Assembly (NCBI GenBank): GCA_038496445.1
Contig: JALMLS010000376.1
Coordinates: 558,001-622,000, forward strand
DNA length: 64,000 nucleotides
Source of the DNA: Trichosphaerium sp. ATCC 40318
Lineage: Eukaryota; Protista; Tubulinea
Direction: 5' to 3'
A model generated the notes under the pieces. That model was given only the letters and a program-made list of their open reading frames with translations, was not told the origin of the DNA and did not search any database. Below, one piece after another: positions 40,615-52,937 of this stretch (positions within the stretch are counted from its first letter, which is position 1; every line of letters starts with the position of its first letter). A program made the position numbers and the translations under genes.

Positions 40615-40786
40615 GCCAGGTTAGACTTGAAAATACCTATTTTGAGCACTAACCCTGATTTTTCGGGATGGTTTGTGACATAGGTAGGCCTCATGCAACT
40701 CTGCAACGTATACCATTAGTGTATCCTTATGGATTACTTCATGTGAGCATAAAAGCTTGAAAGTCACGTGCGTGTACAATTCGGAC

Positions 40787-41870
40787 ATGGATTTTTTTAG
40801 AAATACGCTTATGTTGTTGTTTGAGTTTATTGGATGCCAACTGCGTCAAACCTCAAAAACCAATATGGAGACATTCACACAGGGAAACCTTAACAAAGTT
40901 TGCGACTCTATCAAATGATGAAATGATTAAATAAGCATTTATGATGAGATATAGATTACAAAAAAAGTAAATGTACAAGATGGTACAACAAGTGGAAAGG
41001 TGTCTCACCAAAATGAGTGAATGGTTGTTTGAGTGGATCGCGATCAAGGGAGCAGTACATATGTTAATGGTAAAAAACAAGGTGAGAGTAAGTCATGGTA
41101 CGATAATGGACAACTAAAACGGCAAACCGTGTGGGTTGATGGTAAACAGCATGGTGAAAGTAAAGCATGGTTTAGAAATGGACAACTAAAATGGCAAGCC
41201 ATGTGGGTTGGTGGTAAACAACATGGTGAAAGTGCTAGATGGTATGAAGATGGAAAAAGAGGCTCTCAGTGCTTTTGGGCTGATAATAAAAAGAATGGTG
41301 AAAGTAAAGGATGGTTTAAGAATGGCCAACTACAGTGCCAATTTGTATGGGTCAATGATAAACAGCATGGTGAACGTAAAGATTGGTATGAAAATGGGCA
41401 ACTAGAGGGCCAGTCCATGTGGATTGATGGTAAACAAAATGGAGAAAGTAAAGGATGGTATGAAAATGGACAACTTAAGGACCAATCCATGTGGGTTGAT
41501 GATAAACAACATGTGGGTTGATGGTAAACAACATGGTGAAAGTAAAGTATGGCATCAGAATGCACAACTAAAGAGCCATTATCTGTGGGTTGAGGGTAAA
41601 CGACAGGGTGAAAGTAAATCATGGTTTGAGAATGGACAACTTGCATCTCAGTATGTATGGGTTGATAACAAACAACATGGTGAATGTAAAGATTGGTACA
41701 AAAATGGGCAGCTTGAAGGGCAATGCGCATGGGTTGATGATAAGCAACATGGCGAATGCAAAATATGGTATGACAATGGACAACTAAAGGATCAGGCCAT
41801 GTTTGTTGATGATAAACAACATGTGGTGAAAGTAAAGGATGGTATGAAGATGGAAAATTAAAGTATAATG
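40787..41870 (+). pseudogene. F-box-like/MORN-variant gene, copy B, disrupted
   Basis: Degenerate CCLSLLD...NMETFT N-terminus split across frames with stops; 22-nt tandem duplication at about 41488-41531 shifts the frame; further small insertion at about 41822. Confidence 0.8.
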
Positions 41871-42514
41871 GTATCAACCAAACTACAGTATTTTCGTTTA
41901 AAGATCAAAGTACATAGTTGTATGTATACAATTAATATCCAATAATAAAATTGTAGTCTTCAACCTAAGTAAATCTAAATGTCAACTAGTACCCATATTG
42001 CATTGCAACAATCAAACATAGACGCATATTGCAACATCAATCGTTCAAGATACAAAAATCAGAACACGTGACACCTGTATCACATTCAATAATCGCATAA
42101 CGAACAAACGTACAAGGTGGGTTTTTGAAATGCTATTTAGCAAAAGAACTTCTATTCCCAGTTTTGTACTACCGCTTGTTTGTAGCTCTATGTACCCTGT
42201 GGCACTATTTGTGAGCGTGCCAGCACAACAACTAGCGTTTTATGGTAAATTCATTCTGTTTTTCTTGCAATTACGCCTAGAACGTATAACCAATGCGTCT
42301 AAGCTCTCAGCAGCGAATAGAGTTCTTTTTTTCAAGAAATGTCGAGTAGTTCGCAATTCCTGAAATGGAGCGACTCTTATCTTCTCTAACAACGCTCACA
42401 GCTACGTAATAGTACTCGAAACACTGTTTTGGAACTGTACAACTGTTTTATTCTATATACAACCCGAAGGCTTGTTTTTTCGCTGCGACTACACTTGTAG
42501 GCGCTTTAGGGAAG

Positions 42515-42745
42515 CTATCCGAAGAGAATAGCCAAGGATTGCATCTCTGGGCTATTTACTGGTCCAATCATCTTGTCTGTGTTGCTTTCTAATGGTTTAG
42601 GGTGTTCTTTTGTTGTTTCTTCTGATTTTATCGGTAGAGAAATTTTAGTTTCTGACTTCAGCCTCTTCACTTGTCGTTTATCTGTTGTTGCTGCTGATGA
42701 GTCTCGTCGCTTACGTTTGATTATTGTTGTTATAACTGAAGGCAT
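42515..42745 (-). CDS. Small basic hypothetical protein (76 aa) with NLS-like KRKRR
   Basis: ATG-initiated part of ORF 42515-42808; no domain. Confidence 0.35.
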   Translation of the reverse strand: MPSVITTIIKRKRRDSSAATTDKRQVKRLKSETKISLPIKSEETTKEHPKPLESNTDKMIGPVNSPEMQSLAILFG

Positions 42746-43071
42746 TTGTTGTTTACTTGTTGAAGGAATTGTAGCTTTGGTAAAAAGCAACGTGTCAATT
42801 TTGTTCAAAAAAGGAAAGCGAAATTCACGACATCTATTGTGTGATGGTTTTCAGCGAACTGATAAAAAGTAGGCTGACTTTTTCTTGTTGTCTATTTCAC
42901 TACTATACGATCGTCAATAGAGGATAACAACATTGATCATTTTAAAGGGCGTAAAAGCAAAAAAATAGAGAAGAATGTCAGAAAAGTTTTGGAATTCTAA
43001 TTCTTTTTTATTGCGTTGACAACCTTAAAAAACCTTTTTTTATTATAGCTTGCAGTTCTAGTAACAAAAAT

Positions 43072-45244
43072 TTACAGTAGGAGTAGTGCTAGAATTGCAA
43101 AAACGAAGCACAATTGTGAAATTGTACGAAATGCGCTACTAGGCGCTGTAATTGTTGGTGGCGCTGTTGTCGGCGGTACAGTTGGTACTACAGGAGGTGC
43201 TGTTGTAGGAGGTACTGGAACTGTAGGTTGTTCGATTGGAGCGGCTGTAGGCGCTTCAGTTGGTGTGCCGACAATATTTAAAGCGAAACCGTCGCTCATT
43301 ACGCTCTGTGAGCTGACTCTGATATTTGTAATCTGTCCAGTGACAAGTGAAGGAACAGTACACGTCTAGGAAGGGCGTTAGGTAAGCAAACACGCGTTTA
43401 ACTTTTTTAATGTACCAATCGTCCATTTTGAGATGAAGACGTTGCTGGGGCCGTCTGGCCGTTATCAAAGACGCACATAAGGTCAGTATCGTAGAAAAAG
43501 AAACCGTCTAGGGTAAGGAGAGATCCTGGTGCAGGTGATGAAGTGAGTAAAGCCACAATCTTTGGTTTAGGCGTAACTAATCCGCATGTCAGTTTAAAAC
43601 ATATTCAATCACCTCTTGATGGGTTTGACGTACAGTTAATGGTGTATCCTAACTGGCCAAAACCTTTTAGGTCATTAATTGTAATACCTACAATTTCACC
43701 AGGACCAAGTGTTGGGTCCATGATACCTAAAACAAGTCAATTATTTTACATCTCTTCATGAGCCAAAGGGGTTCTCGTACCAAATTGTTGGTTATCTTGC
43801 CAGTGACTAGCTTGTTGTCCGTCACCGAGAGCAGAGCCAGTGGCATAAAGAGGCCCTTTGGTATCCGCTGAATCAAGAAATTCAGATGTCATGCCTAAAC
43901 AACAAAAGTTAGTGTTGTTCCTTTAGTGCAAAACTCTTTACCTGGTCTCAATTCTCTTTGACCTTCACCAAAGTCTGGTGAACCATTTGGTACAAAACGA
44001 GATATATCAAGAATACTTGGAGATACAACTGTTACAGAGACAGGATTAGTCAACAGAAAATCAGCTAAACACATGTTAGTACACTTGATTATTTTTTTTT
44101 GCATTTATTTCTTACCTGTGTCAACTTCTGAAAAGAATCCTAATAAGTGACCAATCTCATGGATAGATACAGCCAAGAAAGAAAAACTTCCAGGCGTAAT
44201 ACCATCAGAAGGATCGAAATCAAAGTTGAATTGATCGCTAAATAAAATACTTCCATCTGATGTACCAAACATACTATCAAGGGTTGCAGACGCATCAGGT
44301 ACAATAGCCTACAATTTTCTTTAGATTAAATACATAATATCGAGTTGCATAAACAAGGAAGAGAGTAAATAATAAAAATAAAAACTGCAGAGAAAAGATA
44401 ATTTCTGAACTTTGTTTTTGCTTACCTTAAAATTAGCTTTACCGCCTGATGCTGAGCCGCTAAGTGAAAGACCTGGTGGTAATGCAACAGGAAGAGGTTG
44501 GGTTATCGTTCCAGCAGGTAATCCAAGTGCAGTTTCGTACAAAGATCTTTAAAAAAAAAGTAAGAAAAAAACCGAATACAACAAGTACTTTAATAGTGAC
44601 GTACATTGCTGTGCCACTAGCTACCGATACTTGGACTGAGTTTGTAGAACCCAAAACACCAGCAGCGAGTGTGGCGATATCAAAGTTGACTACTATTTCT
44701 ATTGGGCTCATCAATACGGAAGCCTAGAGTTCGATTTGTTAAATTGTGAACTTTTCGGATATTGTCGGCGTTAGTACCCAAAGCTCAGCAGCGAGCAAGA
44801 AAGTGTCTTGTATGGTTTGATCTGTTACGCCAGCGCCAAAGACAACAGTAATAGTTGTGTTTCCGGCCATCACGCCTCTAAAAAATTTTTAGAGCTTGTA
44901 AGCGCTGCGGCATGATTATTGGTACCTTTTACGCGAGGAAAGAAGAGCATCTGTTGCATTTGGTCTAACATCATTCTTTTGATACCAATTCTCCCAGTTC
45001 GCTGTTGAATTGTCTGAGCGATCTTGTGGCGTGCCGCAAACCCATTTTTCTTCAAAGTGTAAACACAAGGTGCGAAAAGTGCGGAGGAACTTGTAAAACA
45101 CTCTACGTACCTGTATAGTTGGTCGGTACTGCGCCTACTTGAACTAAAGAGTGTCAAAAGGTTGTTTCTTTTTTGGGTTCTGAAGAACTTAGTACCTGCA
45201 GCTACAAGTACTACTAATAGCACTGACAACGCGATGAATTGCAT
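43072..45244 (-). CDS. Secreted zinc metalloprotease (HExxHxLGF type, resembling the bacterial NF038122 family) with Pro/Thr stalk and GPI-like C-terminus, multi-exon
   Basis: Signal peptide; WVCGTP; FDFDPSDGITPGSFSFLAVSIHEIGHLLGFFSEVD; GDGQQASHWQD; IMDPT Met-turn; hydrophobic tail. Confidence 0.8.
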
Positions 45245-45986
45245 TGTACGTTTAATTTGGGTAAAATGATAAATAATATTTTCCCCGATTCAAGGATAGA
45301 CGTCATACAACGTCAAGGTTCATGCGTGTTGCTATAAAACGCATGAATAGTGACATGAAGTATAGTATAGTTGTAGTATATTGCCAAGAACACCTCCAGT
45401 GTGCAACATTTAGCTGAAGCCAAACATTCGCTATCGATAGTTTTATCGCCCACAAGCGTCACGATAGTGTTGATTGCTCCAGGTTTAGTTCACCTCGTAC
45501 CAAAGTCCTTTAAAGAGGAAGAAACAAGCGCTGGAGACAATAAAATGACAGAAACCGACGCCAAACGCTCTATCTGGATTTATGGGCTTCAGTGTATCTT
45601 AGTTTGTTATAGAGCTCTGGTATGCACGCGTTTTGGCGGTAAATCATAAAAGCCATCAAAACTGGTGTACAAAATTCAACTACGCGTAGTAGGTGCGATG
45701 TGAGCGGAATGAGCGAGATTTTAATGTTTTTTTGGGGTTTAAGCCTAATTTTTCACGTTGTCCTCACCAAACTTGGTAGAAGCAACAGTAGGTCATTATG
45801 AGAGCTCGGGTCAGTAGTCGGTCACTTGTGTACCCGAGCTAGAGAATTGACAGCCAAAATCAAAGAATGTTTTATCAACGTTTTCAAATAAAAATGGTAC
45901 AAATCATAACTTTTTTTGCTATCCCTTTTCAGCCTAGCCATCTCGTAGCGAAAACTTTAGCGCGATAAACAATAACTCTGAGCAAT

Positions 45987-47937
45987 ATGGAGCCAGTGAA
46001 TGCTATTAAACGACGTTGTCATCGTAGACGGCGCTCGAAATCAGCACCAAGTCCGCGTAGTAGTAGAAGAGCGCTAAGAGTTAACGGAATAAGCAATAAA
46101 AGACATAAACCAAAAGCTTTAAACTTTTTTGATATACCTTTGGAAATGATGCTACACGTACGCCAGTGCACGCATCAGACGCGATTCTTAAAGGTTTTTT
46201 ATGCAGATCTTTGAGTTTTTACAGCCCAAGTCATTGGGAAAGTTGGCTCAGACATCAAACTACTGCCGTCTTCTGTGTGAGTCTGATTGGCTATGGAAGC
46301 AAATTACAGCTAACCAATGGCGTGATGCACTTGGACAACAGGATTTGACGTACAAGAGCGTCTATGTGGAGCGTGGTAGGCCTTCTTTTGTTAAATTACA
46401 ATTTTTTTATTTAAAGTTAACGGTTTTTATAGAAGTCCTGTACTATCCTCTCGGGCAATTACTACTCGGAAACGACATGGTACTACTCAAGACACTTTTT
46501 CACGTGCTCAACACTTCCTTTTCTGAGCGCAGGTAACTTGAAGACCTTTTTTTTTTTCAATGTAGTAAAAATCTATTTTAGAGAATTGATGGATGCCTTG
46601 GCATTACTCTTTGAAGCTAATCGCAAAATGCCTTTGATATTACAAAACTGCATAAAAGAGGACCTATCTGCTTCCCAGAATAGCGAAGAAGGTACGTCAC
46701 TAAACTCGAGAAGGTAACTTTTTTTTACAAATTAATAGATGAAGTCTCTTTGTTCTCAAGCAACTCTTTGGGTGGTAATCTTTTTTATTCCTATTCCAAA
46801 ATAGTTTGCCGTGCATACCTTCAAACAGCTATTGGACCAATTGTGCGGTACGCAACATGTCTTGAACAGAATAAAAAATATCACGTGTTGAATGAAGCTT
46901 GACACGTGTTGTTATTAGGGACGTTTGTGAGGATGATTCTCATACGGAACTTGATAGTAGGTATCTTGCTGCGGGTGAAAACCGAGAAGACAACGCAAAA
47001 TATGTCAAAGAGATCCTTCAGGCGTTGTTTGATAACTTGAGAACTCACATCCAGTTGTGTCCAATGTGCGTACTCGAAAACAGCTGTTTTTACCTCACGT
47101 GATTGATGTTTACTCTAAAACTATAGGCAAATACGCGCTCTGGTGTCTCAAGTGACTTGTTTGTGTCGTACCAGCCAAGGGATTGAGGAACAACAACAAG
47201 ATGAAGGAGAAGAAGAAGTTGAACGTAAAGACGAATATAAATACTCTGTAGAAGCGAATTTATTTCTTCTTAAATTCATTCTACCTACAATTATAAAGCC
47301 AGAAGATTATGGATTATGCACTAAAGCGCCTTCATTAAGAACAAGAAGAAAACTTATTGTCATAGCAAAGTGTGTTGCTAATATAGCAAACGAACAGCCT
47401 TTTTTGGATGTTGAACCAGATTTTAAAATAATGGATTCTTTCATCACATCAGGACCTGCTGTCACAGCCAAGAGACTATTTTTAAAAGAGCTAGGTGTAC
47501 GCTGAAACAAAATATATAACCCTTAAATTTTTTACTCACACGTGTTCGTGTAGGCAGTAAATACATTGAGTGATACATACGCATCACCATTAGATTTTAC
47601 GGACTTTGTTAAGTCTCTTCATACAATTGTTAAGTACATCAAAACTTCTTTACCTGATATACAATCAACTTTACACTATGCTTGGTACGTCTACTTATTA
47701 TATAAAAATAAGTTGTTTGTGTTTGCTGACTTTTTTTGGAACAGGTGTGGAGATGTTCAAGAGTTACCTAGTGATAGCATTGAAGTATATGAAAAACTTT
47801 CCGCCGAAATGCAAATGCTTGAGACTGTATTGAATCAAAAGTTCCCAGATGGAACTCAAAATACAGTAGTCAACCCTAGATGTGGTCGCAGTTGCGGTTA
47901 TTTCGCTAGTATGCTTGTATGCGGAATCCAAAGCTAA
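45987..47937 (+). CDS. F-box plus RasGAP-like domain protein with degenerate catalytic motifs, multi-exon
   Basis: FFDIPLEMMLHIFEFLQPKSLGKLAQTSNYCRLLCESDWLWK; SLFSSNSLGG; YLQTAIGPIV; LFLLKFILPTIIKPEDYGL; RRKLIVIAKCVANIAN. Confidence 0.85.
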
Positions 47938-48298
47938 AAAAAACAAACAATGTATGATAAATAAAAAAACTCTTTAAACCAACATTGCAAGTACAGTCTC
48001 AATAGCGATTCTTGTATGACGAACTTGCAATTAACATAAATGCATGAGGGTATTCACAATAACTTTCAACATTTAAAATAGTTCCTATGATGTCATCACG
48101 TGATCATTGTTTCGCTGAAATATACTAGCGCGGTTTTCTTTCGTGAGGTCCGCGAAATGATTTTTGTAGGTTCATAAACGCTAAATATAACATTGTCAGT
48201 GTGTGCAAAGGCGATTCCTAACATGAGCGATTTTTCTTAGTCTACATTTTATTTACACGTCTATGAATACACTGTACATTTTTCTCCTTGCGCGGACA

Positions 48299-48671
48299 TT
48301 ACAGAGGAGCTTCTTTTAGGAAATCCCAAAACTCTGTGAAGCTGATTTTGTTGTCTTTGTTTGTGTCCATCAGTTCAACGTAAGCTTCTACGTATTCTTT
48401 CATAGGTATACCGTTCAAAAGCTAAACGCAAAACGTTAACGTCATATACTTCCGATGGAAAAACTCTACAAATACTTACGTCGGCGGTTTTTTTATGCGA
48501 TAGCTCAGCTGCGATCTCAATAAGGTCTATGGCGAACTTTTTAGCTTCCTTTCTGTCAATATAGCCATTTTTGTCTCTATCGTAAGCAGAAAAGGCCTGA
48601 TGTGCCCTATCCTCGCTGTCATGATCTTCTAGTAGTTTTTTAAGTCTTTTCTTTGTCGAGACGCAACCCAT
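48299..48671 (-). CDS. Small two-EF-hand calcium-binding protein with MGC acylation motif, 2 exons
   Basis: DRDKNGYIDRKE and DTNKDNKISFTE loops; MGCVST start. Confidence 0.9.
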
Positions 48672-49172
48672 TTGTTATCTGTGAAAAAGTGAAATTGAAA
48701 ACCAATTTTGTACCTTTGCCCATTAACTTAACTGTCGGAAAATCCTCATGAACACGGCTCGTACTCGGTTTTCACCATTTCATAGTCAGTATAGACAATA
48801 TTCAGCGTTTACGGGTTTTTTGGAGCATTTTTGTGGGAAACCCAATTCTCGAAAGTGCAGGAGATTTTAGGGGAAACTTGAAGTCTGATTCTTCATAGAA
48901 TTATCATAGATATACAAACACGACATAAAGGCGTCGGGAAATTTCTAGTGACTTCGAGAACTTCTTTTACCCAGAAGCTCAATTCACACGTTGGTGAGTG
49001 AATTTTAGCGAAATTTCCGTCACAAATTTTATTTGCGCGACCTAGTAAAGTCTCGCTCGTTGTGGTCCCGATGGTTATACGTAGACATAGTTTACAGTGT
49101 TGTTTTGAATAGAACACAAAACAGTAATGTCATCTTTTTTTTGTAAAATTGTTTCTGAGTGTATTTATTTCA

Positions 49173-52100
49173 TTACAGCAATGAAAGTACAGCAATGATA
49201 ACGCTGGATACGCCAGCTAGTAATACATAACCTCCACTAGTATTAGAATTCTGTACTGGTGCCACTGGCATTGAGGTTGGGCTCTCAGCCTGGGTTAAGC
49301 TTACCTAGCAGAAAGAGTAAGAAAAAAAACCAAAATAACTGCAAAGCCAATAATCGTACCACTTGCAGAGTTGAATCGTTAATTTCATTTGCTAGAACTG
49401 CAGTAGCATCAGAACTTCCAACAAATGTTATTACTTTTTGAGCGTCTTGTGCATCAAAAATAACATCATAAGATGTTTGTTGTTCAATACTTCTCTTTGA
49501 AATACGTATAATGATTACAGGAGGGAGAGCGCTGTTTGTTACTGTCTGCCAAGCTAATATAATAGCTTCTATTTCAGATAGTGTAAGTGGACGTGACACA
49601 ATAAACACTATAGTGATGTTCATAGGTGCAGTAGGTGCAGTTGTCGTTGGTGGTACACTTTGAGTAGGTGCGCTTGTGGTTGGTACAGTAGGTGCAGTTG
49701 TAGTCGGCACAATAGGTGCAGTTGTGGTTGGTGGCACATTCTGGGTAGGTGCAGTTGTGGTTGGCACACTTGGTACAGTAGGTGCAGTTGTAGTCGGCAT
49801 AGTCGGCATAGTAGGTGCAGTTGTCGTTGGTGGCACATTCTGGGTAGGTGCAGTTGTCGTTGGTGGCACATCTTGGGTAGGTGCATTTGTGGTAGGTGGC
49901 AAGCTGGTAGGTGGTAAAGTACCATTTTGGCAAGTACTATTTTCGACTAGCAGAAATACGTAAGCATTGACTAGTAAAACAAGATACAAAATCCATTTCA
50001 AAAAAAAAAAAGAAATAGTACCTGGGTCAAGTTGGCAGCCAAGTGGTAATCCAGGTGTTGTTTCTGTGCGAGAAGAATTACAAGAAGCTACCAAACAGTC
50101 CTCGTTGGGACTGACACACAGATGGGCAACGCTTCTGGCTACACAACCCTGTGCAGGAATACATGTCTTGAGAAGACACGGATCGTTGTTTACACATGCA
50201 TTAGCCTCTGCATTAACAACTTTAGCGATATGTATATAACTTCGGGGACGTACCAGCAGACGGTTGGTGCATGCACTCAGGACCGTTAGAATCGTAGGAG
50301 CCATCGTTTAGTAAAGTCGGAAGAACATTGATACCATTATCTGGATTGACACATACTGAATCTGTACATAGGTTGTCATCTTCACATTGGCTTTTTCCGT
50401 TTATTGCAGGATTTGGGGTACTTGTGCAGCCGACAAACCCAGAAGTACAGGTATCAGCTGTGCATGGGTTTCCGTCATTACAGCTTGTGGGGCATTGGCA
50501 AGAACCTGTTACATCACAAAAGCCGTTACAGTTGTTGCATTCAAAAGGTCCCAATGCCCTATTAAAGATATTTTGCGTGAGAGTATCCAATTGACTAGCA
50601 GAACCAACTGAAAAGACATTTGACATTTGGCCTTGAGCAACGGCTAGCAAATCTCCCTGACTCACTTGTGGTAGACCGTTCGTGCCAATAAGACCGATTG
50701 CAATAGGAGTTGCGCCAGTTGCAACAGTGTACTCTAAACATTGTCACGTTTTCATGAAGTATAAGTGAGGTACCTGACATAAGTTCTAGGTAAGGGCGGG
50801 TAGCAGGCATTCCGACAGCATTGTCTACAAGGCCAAAGTATTTCGCAACTAGGTACTCCGCAGGATTATCCGATGGCCTATTTACAAAGCCATCTGTGAG
50901 AACGATAACCACATTTGAAACACCAACTCTTGTTTTAATGTCATTTTGGGATACCTGTCCTTTGACTTGGGATTGTACACATGCTGTGTTATTCTGGCAT
51001 ATTGTTATGTATTTTTCAACATCATATAACATGTTTGCAGCCTCTCTGAGGCCACAACCAATACAGGTAAATCCTACAAAAAAAAGTAAGTTAACTCATT
51101 TTTCAAAAATCCTCAATACCTTGAATAACTTCGTCCTCCAGTACGCCCAAGGCAACAGTTACTTCTGCTGGGCTACTGAAAAATCCAGCTTGAGGGAAAA
51201 GTGGAGAAGCATAGGAGCTGTATGTAACAAAAGCAATACGTGAGTCTTGAGGCCCAATAGTTATTCCGCCAATAAAGTTATTCAACCAAGCAACAACTGT
51301 TAGCCATTCCGACGCAATAGACGCAGATGTATCCAACACTAGAGTATTAACATTAATATGTATATTAAGAGCAACAACAATAGAGAGAATAATAAAAGCA
51401 TACCAAAAGTAATGTCCGCTTGGACGAAAGGTGTACAAGACTGAACGTCAGGGAATGCGGCTGTTGGAGTAATGCCAGCAGGAAATTGGTCGAAATTACC
51501 GCCTGCAATAAATGTACTATCTAATTTAAAGGTCCATGTGGTTCCATCGCCGAATACAATACGACATGGGTCCTGGAATGGTCCTGTTTGTACCCATACG
51601 TCCTTTACTTGCTTTTCGTTTGCCTCAGTTGCACTGCGAGTGTACTTTTTGCATTCTTGATTGGAGGTGGTCATGTCTGGGAACAAAGTCTGTATTGTTT
51701 CGGTTACGCCTGCATCAGCAAATCCGTCTGAGGCAGATATTGAAATGAGCGGAAACGGCCTCGATAAGAAGTATTTCGAGCAGTTGTTCGAGGTTTCATA
51801 GCGATAAAAAGAAAACTAAACGCGTAGTGTTAACTAATGCTGCGTCTTGACAAGTTGCCGTTTAGGTTTTGGTAACCATGAGGAATTGATGCATCCTATG
51901 GTAAGGGTACGCGTCCTCACAGTAACACCGTGGTTTTGTGTGCCATAAAACTGATTTCGTACCTGGTCTTGGATTTCTCGAAGCGAATTAACGTTGGCTG
52001 CAGGGTTTACGTAGTGAAGCGCATACTGAGGCTCATTTTTGTCGTAAACCAAATACGCTGCGTACTCTCCCTAATTTATTGTTAAAATGCTTTTTTACCA

Positions 52101-52326
52101 CCAACAGCTTAGTTTTGAGATAGCCAGTCACACGTTACGAATATTTGAAGAGAGAAATACAATTGTACCAAAATACGTTTTAGTACTAAAACTGCCTTTA
52201 GGATGTACTTACGTTCATTGTGGGGTCATTCGTAATGCTAAGGTACGACTGAAACGTTTGTGTTATCTGTGCGCTGGTTGCTGCAATAAACGCAACAAAC
52301 ACCAAAAGGGCGAGACCGCTTTTCAT
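49173..52326 (-). CDS. Cell-surface protein: signal peptide, vWA (MIDAS), Cys-rich CTDC-type repeats, Pro/Thr mucin stalk, hydrophobic C-terminus; multi-exon
   Basis: MKSGLALLVFVAFIAATSA; VLDTSASI, SRIAFVTYS, VVIVLTDG; CNDGNPCTADTC, CEDDNLCTDSVC; PTTTAPT repeats. Confidence 0.85.
49625..49915 (-). repeat. Coding tandem repeats (PTTTAPT/QNVPPTTTAPT)
   Basis: Recurring gtaggtgcagttgt units on the + strand. Confidence 0.9.
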
Positions 52327-52937
52327 TTCGTAAAAGATGTGAGAAAATGTTACTACCTAAAATGCTTACTTAGCTTTTTTCAACAAGGAAAGAACTTCCT
52401 TAAAAAGCTCTTTGTATTCCGCTTGATTAAACGTATTAGATGTTAGTCAGTAACCCTTCAGTCGTAGGAATGTGTACTAGCGGTGCCATTTGAAGAAGTT
52501 CCACTAGAGATAATTAATGTAAAGAATAAATTCCGATAAAAAGTGCGTTCGGTAAAAATTGTTCCTGACATCGCCTCTTCATCCAAACATTTGGCTAATA
52601 CACCAAGCCAGGCATTTTTGGAGTGCAACTAGTAACCAATTTATACCATTGTTGACAACGATGCTGGGAGCGCAAGCATGCATACAGTAGAAATGTAAAA
52701 CTAGCTACTAGTTTAGTAAAGCCAAACTCGAAATATCTAACACTAAATGTCTTTGTTTTGTACGTGTACTGAGTCAAGTCTCACTTTACTAAAACTCGAA
52801 TCCCTAGTTCCTTTTGGTAGTCATTTAAGCAAAGGTAGATTTCCCTGGATTGTAAACTGTATTGGGTTTTGTCAACACGTGTCCAAAGCTACAAGATTGT
52901 TTTATTACAAAAAGTTGTTTTTCTGTTCATTTAGTTG

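Noticed and set aside
27745-41870. CRISPR array or bacterial toxin-antitoxin locus
   Set aside because: The repeats are contiguous in-frame coding units with no spacers, no cas or toxin genes are visible, and the context is eukaryotic.
49574-49963. Cys/His/Gln-rich ORFs
   Set aside because: Off-frame and antisense readings of the Pro/Thr mucin repeat.
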